Source: Minisyncoccia bacterium (lineage in GTDB: Bacteria > Patescibacteriota > Minisyncoccia > Moranbacterales > GCA-2747515). Taken from it: a stretch of 64,000 nt of DNA. A model generated the notes under the pieces. That model saw nothing but the letters and a program-made list of their open reading frames with translations. It searched no databases and was not told the DNA's origin. Every line of letters begins with the position of its first letter. The stretch's first letter is position 1. The position numbers and the translations under genes are program-made. The DNA lies in contig JBGSQF010000006.1 in the NCBI GenBank assembly GCA_041738235.1, positions 18,261 through 82,260 on the forward strand. Direction: 5' to 3'. Positions 58,712 to 64,000 of the stretch are shown here, piece by piece.

Positions 58712-59845
58712 TTACATGAGCTGTAGACGTTCGATAAGCTCATCAATATTTTCGTTACTTTCGAATACAACACTTCCAACGGCTATCCTCTGAGCACCCG
58801 CCATGATGCATGCTTTCAGATTTTCTTGCGTGATACCTCCGTCCAAACCAATAGAAACCCTTTTTGGAAAAGATTTGCGAGCTTCCCCAATACGGTCCAC
58901 AACTCCAGGGAGCATGCTTTGTCCTGATTTCCCGGGGTGAACCCCCATAAGCAGAACGCTCTCAATATACGGCGCGAGACCGACGACTTTTTGTATGTCC
59001 GTTTCGGAGTTTATAGCGACCCCGACCTGCATGCCATGCCCCACTACTGTTTCACAAAAAGACCGAGCTTGTTCAACATCACGAACTGACTCCCAATGGA
59101 ATATACATCGATCGATCCCCGCTTTCTGACATAATTCTATGTATTCAAATGGGTCCACCACCATCAAATGCGCCTCATAGAAAAATGGATATCGCTTCCC
59201 ATCAAACTCTTGTAGCGCGAACGATATTTCAGGAACAAACTTCCCATCCATAATATCCAACTGTACCCAATCCGCCAGACCCTCCACTAAAGAAAGTTTT
59301 TTATACACGGCGTCTAAACCCTTCTCTAAAATAGCTGGAATGATCTTTCTAGACCCAAAACTTTTCATTGTCCGAATCGCCTCCGATCGTTCAAATGCAT
59401 CTATCTTCCTTACTCTTCTAACAAAACGCTTGTTTTCCTCGAACCCTGTACAAAGCCACGCAAGAATAACATGTTTTTCCTCCTCTAAAGAAACACTTCT
59501 GGCGGCCACACATAACACATTCGTATCATCATCTCGTTTTCCGCTTTGTACATGTCCTTCTCCAAGCGCACAAGCCGCTCGAATCCCACGAACCTTATTG
59601 GCCGATATACACATTCCCACACCAGAACCACACAAAACGATTCCCAGTGATCCGGAATCCTTCGACACTGATCGTCCAACAGCAAAGCCAAAATCAGGAT
59701 AGTCATCTTCAGCCTCAAATTTTGTATTTCCACAATCTTTCACCTCATACCCATGGTCATGCAAAAAAACTCTAAGGGCCTCCTTCATTTCAAACCCCGC
59801 ATGATCAGACCCAATATAGATAGTTCTGCCACTTGGTGAATCCAT
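58712..59845 (-). CDS. Fused ribose-5-phosphate isomerase B / ribulose-phosphate 3-epimerase
   Basis: RpiB: GSDHAG, DDYPD, CGSGVGM, ANKVRGIRA. Rpe: DIMDGKFVP, EAHLMV, MGVHPGKSGQ, LDGGI. Confidence 0.9.
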   Translation of the reverse strand: MDSPSGRTIYIGSDHAGFEMKEALRVFLHDHGYEVKDCGNTKFEAEDDYPDFGFAVGRSVSKDSGSLGIVLCGSGVGMCISANKVRGIRAACALGEGHVQSGKRDDDTNVLCVAARSVSLEEEKHVILAWLCTGFEENKRFVRRVRKIDAFERSEAIRTMKSFGSRKIIPAILEKGLDAVYKKLSLVEGLADWVQLDIMDGKFVPEISFALQEFDGKRYPFFYEAHLMVVDPFEYIELCQKAGIDRCIFHWESVRDVEQARSFCETVVGHGMQVGVAINSETDIQKVVGLAPYIESVLLMGVHPGKSGQSMLPGVVDRIGEARKSFPKRVSIGLDGGITQENLKACIMAGAQRIAVGSVVFESNENIDELIERLQLM

Positions 59846-59871
59846 AGTATATTATTTCACAACCTTATATT

Positions 59872-60792
59872 TTACCCTTTAAGCTTCTTGACGTATTCGT
59901 ACGCACTGAGTGCCGCAAGCGTACCATACCCAGCAGAAATATTGTTTTGTTTGTAAGCTGCATCAGTTGCATCACCCGCAGCAAATATCCCAGCATGAGA
60001 TGTTGCGCATGTTCGATGATCGATCGTAATCTCTCCATATGGGTTTCGATCTACTAGGCCCTTAACGAGCTCTGTATTCGGCACCATTCCGATCTCCACA
60101 AAGACTCCCTGCACATCAAGAGTCTTTTCCTCTTGTGTTTGAAGGTCCTGGTAACGAATACCAGCAACTGCCTCTCCCCCCAACACTTCCTTTGTATCCA
60201 CATTATAGATAACCTCCACTTTTGGATTGCCCTTCACCTCCTCTTGTAAAAGGGGATCTCCGGTCAATTCTCCACGAGACAATAAATAAATTTGATCCGC
60301 GTATGGGTAGAGGTCTTGGCACGCCTCGAGCCCACTGTTTCCCCCACCCACGACCGCTACCGTTTTCCCTCGAAAGAAGGGCGCGTCACACGTTGAACAA
60401 TATACAACCCCGTGACCGATAAATTTCTCTTCACCGGGTACGTTCAAGTGTCGATGCCTTCCTCCGGTAGCGAGTATTATACTTTTTGTTTCATATTTCT
60501 CCCCCTTCTCCGTTTCAACCTCAAATCCTTCATATTGTTTAGCAATCGCCCTCACCTTCACGCCCGTTTGAATTTCAATATCCTCCTGTGCACGCAGATG
60601 CCCTTCCAACTTCTGAGCAAACTCAAATCCTTTGATAGAAACCTCTCCGATCCAATTCTCGATCGTCGCCGAAACACTCGACTGCCCTCCGATCGTATCC
60701 GTAAGAAAGAGCGTCTTCATCTTCTTGCGCGCCGCATATACTCCAGCAGATACTCCGGCGGGTCCACCACCGATAATTATGACATCATACAT
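59872..60792 (-). CDS. trxB: Thioredoxin reductase (TrxB/AhpF C-terminal-like)
   Basis: [27 protein letters not shown]. Start taken at MYDVII. Confidence 0.88.
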   Translation of the reverse strand: MYDVIIIGGGPAGVSAGVYAARKKMKTLFLTDTIGGQSSVSATIENWIGEVSIKGFEFAQKLEGHLRAQEDIEIQTGVKVRAIAKQYEGFEVETEKGEKYETKSIILATGGRHRHLNVPGEEKFIGHGVVYCSTCDAPFFRGKTVAVVGGGNSGLEACQDLYPYADQIYLLSRGELTGDPLLQEEVKGNPKVEVIYNVDTKEVLGGEAVAGIRYQDLQTQEEKTLDVQGVFVEIGMVPNTELVKGLVDRNPYGEITIDHRTCATSHAGIFAAGDATDAAYKQNNISAGYGTLAALSAYEYVKKLKG

Positions 60793-60878
60793 ATGTATTG
60801 CTTTATATTGGATAACCCTTTTATTTGGATACCTTTCATTATTGCTTTTTTGACCACCCTGACAACCCGTCAACTGTC

Positions 60879-60907
60879 AGTATACCGAAATAACACGTTA
60901 TTGACAA
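60879..60907 (-). promoter_or_regulatory. Sigma70 promoter of trxB with an internal palindrome
   Basis: Minus strand TTGTCA-17 bp-TATACT, overlapping AATAAC-ac-GTTATT. Confidence 0.55.
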
Positions 60908-61037
60908 ACAAAAGAATGCTCCCATCATATTTATTTACTACGCGATACCAGTATTTAAATTTCTCTTCGACACTTTTCTTTTTTAGAAAGATGCAGTATT
61001 GTATATACATCCCAAAAACCACTCAGGGGAGAGGTCC

Positions 61038-61211
61038 ATGTCCGGAGAAAACTGGGTTCGTAAGCAGTACAAATGCCCCTATTGCGGGGCGTATTTGGTT
61101 CAAGAGGAGGAACTCTGTCCCAAAGCGTGCCCGAATTGCGAAGCGCCCATCACTGTCGAAGTCATCGAAGTGATGCTCGGGGAACGCCCAAAAGACCACA
61201 GAGATGATTGA
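61038..61211 (+). CDS. 57-aa zinc-ribbon ORFan
   Basis: CPYC...CPNC; SD GGAGAGG; followed by an 11-bp hairpin. Confidence 0.65.
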   Translation: MSGENWVRKQYKCPYCGAYLVQEEELCPKACPNCEAPITVEVIEVMLGERPKDHRDD

Positions 61212-61215
61212 TCTC

Positions 61216-61322
61216 GGGAGTCGGCTCCGCGCATAGCCGACTCCCAAACAAAAAAACCGAACTTTATCGGTTTCTTTTTATATAAAGTAAACTGCGCTCA
61301 TTTCATCCGGAAATGGCGCAGT
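61216..61322. terminator. Three tandem hairpins between convergent genes
   Basis: GGGAGTCGGCT/AGCCGACTCCC; AAACCGA/TCGGTTT; ACTGCGC(t)CATTTC/GAAATGGCGCAGT. Confidence 0.7.
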
Positions 61323-61372
61323 CAAAGATCTTCTTATTACTCTTGTTGTTGCTATTTTTCCTCAGTCCTTAC

Positions 61373-62266
61373 TTAATCGACCATAAGGCGACGCTCCGCC
61401 TCACGATATTTCTCCGCCGTCTTGTCGATGATCTCCTGGGGCAGCTCCGGTCCTGGCGGGGTCTTGTCCCAACCCAGGGTCTCCAGGTAATCACGGACGA
61501 ACTGCTTGTCGAAACTCGGCGGGCTCGTACCAGGTTGATACTGGCTCTCCGGCCAGAAGCGCGACGAGTCCGGAGTGAGCACCTCGTCGATGAGGTAGAG
61601 GCGCCCGTCGGCGTCCAAGCCAAACTCGAACTTGGTGTCAGCGATGATAATGCCGTGAGCCAAGGCGTGAATAGCTCCCCACTGATAAAGCCTCAAGCTC
61701 ACCTCGCGCACCTGCTTGGCCAGGTCACTACCAAGCAGCCAAGCGGTACGGTCGAAGCTGATGTTCTCGTCATGGTCTCCGGTCTGCGCCTTAGTAGACG
61801 GCGTGTAGATCGGCTCACGCAAACGATCAGCCTGAGTCAATCCCTCCGGTAAGGTGATGCCACATACGGCGCCATTCTTCTGGTAGTCCTTCCAGCCGGA
61901 GCCGATCAGGTACCCGCGGACGATCGCCTCCACCGGCAAGGCGTCAAGACGGCGCACTACCACGGCGCGGTCACCCAGGCAAGCACGCTCGTCTGGATCC
62001 GTGACCACATCGTCCACCGAGATACCGCACAAGTCATTCGGGACGATGAAATCAGTCCGCCTCTTCCAAAATCCAGAAAGACGAGCCAACACCTCACCCT
62101 TACCCGGGATGGGCTGTGGCAAAACGACATCGAACGCCGACAGCCGGTCCGTGGCGACCACGAGCATGTGCGCATCGTCCACGTGGTACATATTGCGCAC
62201 CTTACCACGTTGAAAGAGAGGTAAACCCGATCTCGAGAGATCAGCGTCACCAAGAGCCTCTGACAT
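61373..62266 (-). CDS. purC: SAICAR synthetase
   Basis: GKVR, ATDRLSAFD, EAIVRGYL.GSGW, TPSTKA, IIADTKFEFG, DEVLTPDSSRFW, SFDKQFVRDYL; SD GAGGAG before MSEAL. Confidence 0.97.
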   Translation of the reverse strand: MSEALGDADLSRSGLPLFQRGKVRNMYHVDDAHMLVVATDRLSAFDVVLPQPIPGKGEVLARLSGFWKRRTDFIVPNDLCGISVDDVVTDPDERACLGDRAVVVRRLDALPVEAIVRGYLIGSGWKDYQKNGAVCGITLPEGLTQADRLREPIYTPSTKAQTGDHDENISFDRTAWLLGSDLAKQVREVSLRLYQWGAIHALAHGIIIADTKFEFGLDADGRLYLIDEVLTPDSSRFWPESQYQPGTSPPSFDKQFVRDYLETLGWDKTPPGPELPQEIIDKTAEKYREAERRLMVD

Positions 62267-62405
62267 AGGAAGTCTCCTCATGCGTTTTGGAAGTCAGACG
62301 GTGTGTCCAACTTGACCATTCTCTTCGTATCATATAACACTTCAAAATGCAAAAACGGACTCACTGTCCGTCTTACAAGCCTTGCTTTCCTACGACTTAC
62401 CGCCC

Positions 62406-63542
62406 CTACCTACTTATAACTCCACTTCCCAAACACCTCTCCCCGTCATAAAGCACTGCAAATTGCCCAGGAGCGATCCCCCGTTCTTTATGATCAAGAA
62501 GCTGTAAACGAAGACAGGTCTTTTGAGTATCAAGAAATTCCACTACACAGGCGTACTGTTGCGCCCCATGTCGTATCTTTACTTTAAACTGAGCACCCTT
62601 ATACAGGATGTCCATCGGCACAAGCCAACGAAAATCTTCCACCTCAAACGTGTCACGCTCAACATTCGTCATTTTGAGACGATGGGAAATAAGAACGATA
62701 TTCTTTGAAACGTCTTTTCCCGTCACATACCATGGCCCACCGGAAAGATTCAACTTGTGCCGTTGTCCGATCGTATACAGCCAATATCCCTTGTGTCGTC
62801 CCACTACCTCACCCGTATCAGTGTTCACAATATCCCCCTCCCTCTCTCCCAAGTGATGACACACAAAATCAGCATAGTTGATCTTTCCCAAAAAACAGAG
62901 TCCTTGACTATCGGGACGATCCTTGGTTGGAAGGCTCCATTCCTTTGCCAATGCACGGACCTCACTTTTCATATACTGGCCTAATGGGAAAAGTGCCTGA
63001 GAAAGTTGCCCCTGAATAAGACGCGAGAGAAAATAGGTCTGATCCTTCACTGGGTCTGCCGCAGTAAGCAGAGTGTACTGGGACAGTTGATCCCGCCCCT
63101 TACGCCCATGCATTTCTTTCGTCTTCAGTTTTTCACTACCTATCATTGGTACAACTCGTGCGTAATGTCCCGTTGCCACCTTATCAAAAGTTATACCTTT
63201 TTCTTTCAACCAATCCGAAAACGCCCCGAATTTGATAAAACTATTGCACATCACATCCGGGTTGGGAGTGCGTCCCGCTCGCACCTCAGAAAGAGCGTAA
63301 GAGATAACTCGCTCATGATACTCCTTTTGAAGAGGCACTATCTCAAGCGGTACGTCAAGCTGCTTACATACCGCTCGCACATACCCCATATCCTCTTCCC
63401 ATGGACACTCACCCAAAAAGGCCGTCTCGTCTTCGAGCCAGATCTTAAGATAGAATGCCAAAACTGTATGTCCTTCATCTTGAAGAAGCTTAAGTGCCAC
63501 AGAACTATCAACTCCTCCAGACACAAGAACCGCTATACGCAT
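62406..63542 (-). CDS. mnmA: tRNA 2-thiouridylase
   Basis: SGGVDSSV, TPNPDVMCN, ATGHYA, KDQTYFL, DSQGLCF, APGQFAVLY. Confidence 0.97.
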   Translation of the reverse strand: MRIAVLVSGGVDSSVALKLLQDEGHTVLAFYLKIWLEDETAFLGECPWEEDMGYVRAVCKQLDVPLEIVPLQKEYHERVISYALSEVRAGRTPNPDVMCNSFIKFGAFSDWLKEKGITFDKVATGHYARVVPMIGSEKLKTKEMHGRKGRDQLSQYTLLTAADPVKDQTYFLSRLIQGQLSQALFPLGQYMKSEVRALAKEWSLPTKDRPDSQGLCFLGKINYADFVCHHLGEREGDIVNTDTGEVVGRHKGYWLYTIGQRHKLNLSGGPWYVTGKDVSKNIVLISHRLKMTNVERDTFEVEDFRWLVPMDILYKGAQFKVKIRHGAQQYACVVEFLDTQKTCLRLQLLDHKERGIAPGQFAVLYDGERCLGSGVISR

Positions 63543-63663
63543 ATGTTCATGGTTACATTGGATTATTGTGAAATTATTAGAACAATAAGTCAAGTAAAAG
63601 TTTGCTTTTCTTCTCTCTTCGCCCTATTATAAAGGAAAGTATTTTATATTTTATATTTTCTTT

Positions 63664-64000
63664 ATGGCCCTAAACGAGAAACAGCAGGAACACCTCCATA
63701 ACCTTCGTCATTCTTTGGCACATATCCTTGCAGCGGCCATCACCCGACTCTACGATAATGTTAAATTTGGCACGGGACCCGTCACCGAGCAGGGCTTCTT
63801 CTACGATATCGATATGACCCATCGACTCGCCCCCGAAGACCTCAAACGGATCGAAAAGGAAATGCGAAAGATCATCCGCGCCGACTACCCCTTCGAACGA
63901 TCCGAGCTCACCACTAAAGAAGCCAAAGAAAGGTTCTCCGAATTGAATCAGTCCTATAAGGTCGAACTCATCGAGGGACTTGAGAACGAGGGAACAAAAG
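63664..64000 (+). CDS. thrS: Threonyl-tRNA synthetase, 5' part (runs off the window)
   Basis: MALNEKQQEHLHNLRHSLAHILAAA...GTGPVTEQGFFYDID...EDLKRIEKEM. Confidence 0.93.
   Translation, partial: MALNEKQQEHLHNLRHSLAHILAAAITRLYDNVKFGTGPVTEQGFFYDIDMTHRLAPEDLKRIEKEMRKIIRADYPFERSELTTKEAKERFSELNQSYKVELIEGLENEGTK

Noticed and set aside
60412-61173. 253-aa + strand ORF
   Set aside because: Antisense shadow of trxB that runs through promoter DNA and has no motifs.
61285-61328. Bulged hairpin after purC as an integron attC site
   Set aside because: Ends do not match RYYYAAC/GTTRRRY, it is a single copy, and no integrase is present.
61313-61852. 179-aa + strand ORF
   Set aside because: Shadow of the GC-rich purC, which has few antisense stop codons.
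63006-63632. 208-aa + strand ORF
   Set aside because: Antisense to mnmA with no protein-like features.
1-64000. CRISPR array, IS element, prophage or diversity-generating retroelement
   Set aside because: By eye I found no spaced direct repeats, transposase, integrase, phage structural gene, reverse transcriptase or TR/VR pair. A computed self-alignment would be needed to exclude subtle repeats.

Overview
A 64-kb chromosomal segment of an AT-rich bacterium using genetic code 11. Gene content suggests Patescibacteria/CPR, probably Parcubacteria and Moranbacteria-like; this is inferred from the short EF-Ts, the secretin-less type IV pilus locus, the VirD4-like gene pair and the sigma4-HARE protein. 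It is mostly core genome. Contents: ftsQ-like, holB, a 4-tRNA operon, a pilB-pilC-minor pilin-pilMNO locus headed by an orphan histidine kinase, rplJL/rpsP, a 1284-aa Gly-rich surface protein, GH1, a VirD4-like ATPase pair, an HtrA/PrsA/FtsB envelope cluster, LCP, pth, corA, cysS, dnaB, recR, rplU, a Thr-Tyr-Thr-rpmG-Trp remnant of the tufB operon, tsf/rpsB, rpmE-prfA-prmC, a GT4-type (MraY/WecA) transferase, rmuC, secreted proteins, an rpiB-rpe fusion, trxB, a GC-rich purC, mnmA and the start of thrS. I saw no transposase, integrase, reverse transcriptase or CRISPR array. Most notable observations: (1) an unannotated 43-aa histone-H1-like gene with a full set of expression signals; (2) a T6G8 homopolymer frameshift that separates a secreted protein from its signal peptide; (3) an L10 leader with a 30-nt two-hairpin insertion and an attenuator; (4) a foreign-looking purC plus several self-contained single-gene cassettes, two of which share a leader motif; (5) a catalytically dead HtrA paired with an active one; (6) a codon-usage patch inside the large surface protein. 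All protein calls come from motif recognition by eye, not database searches.
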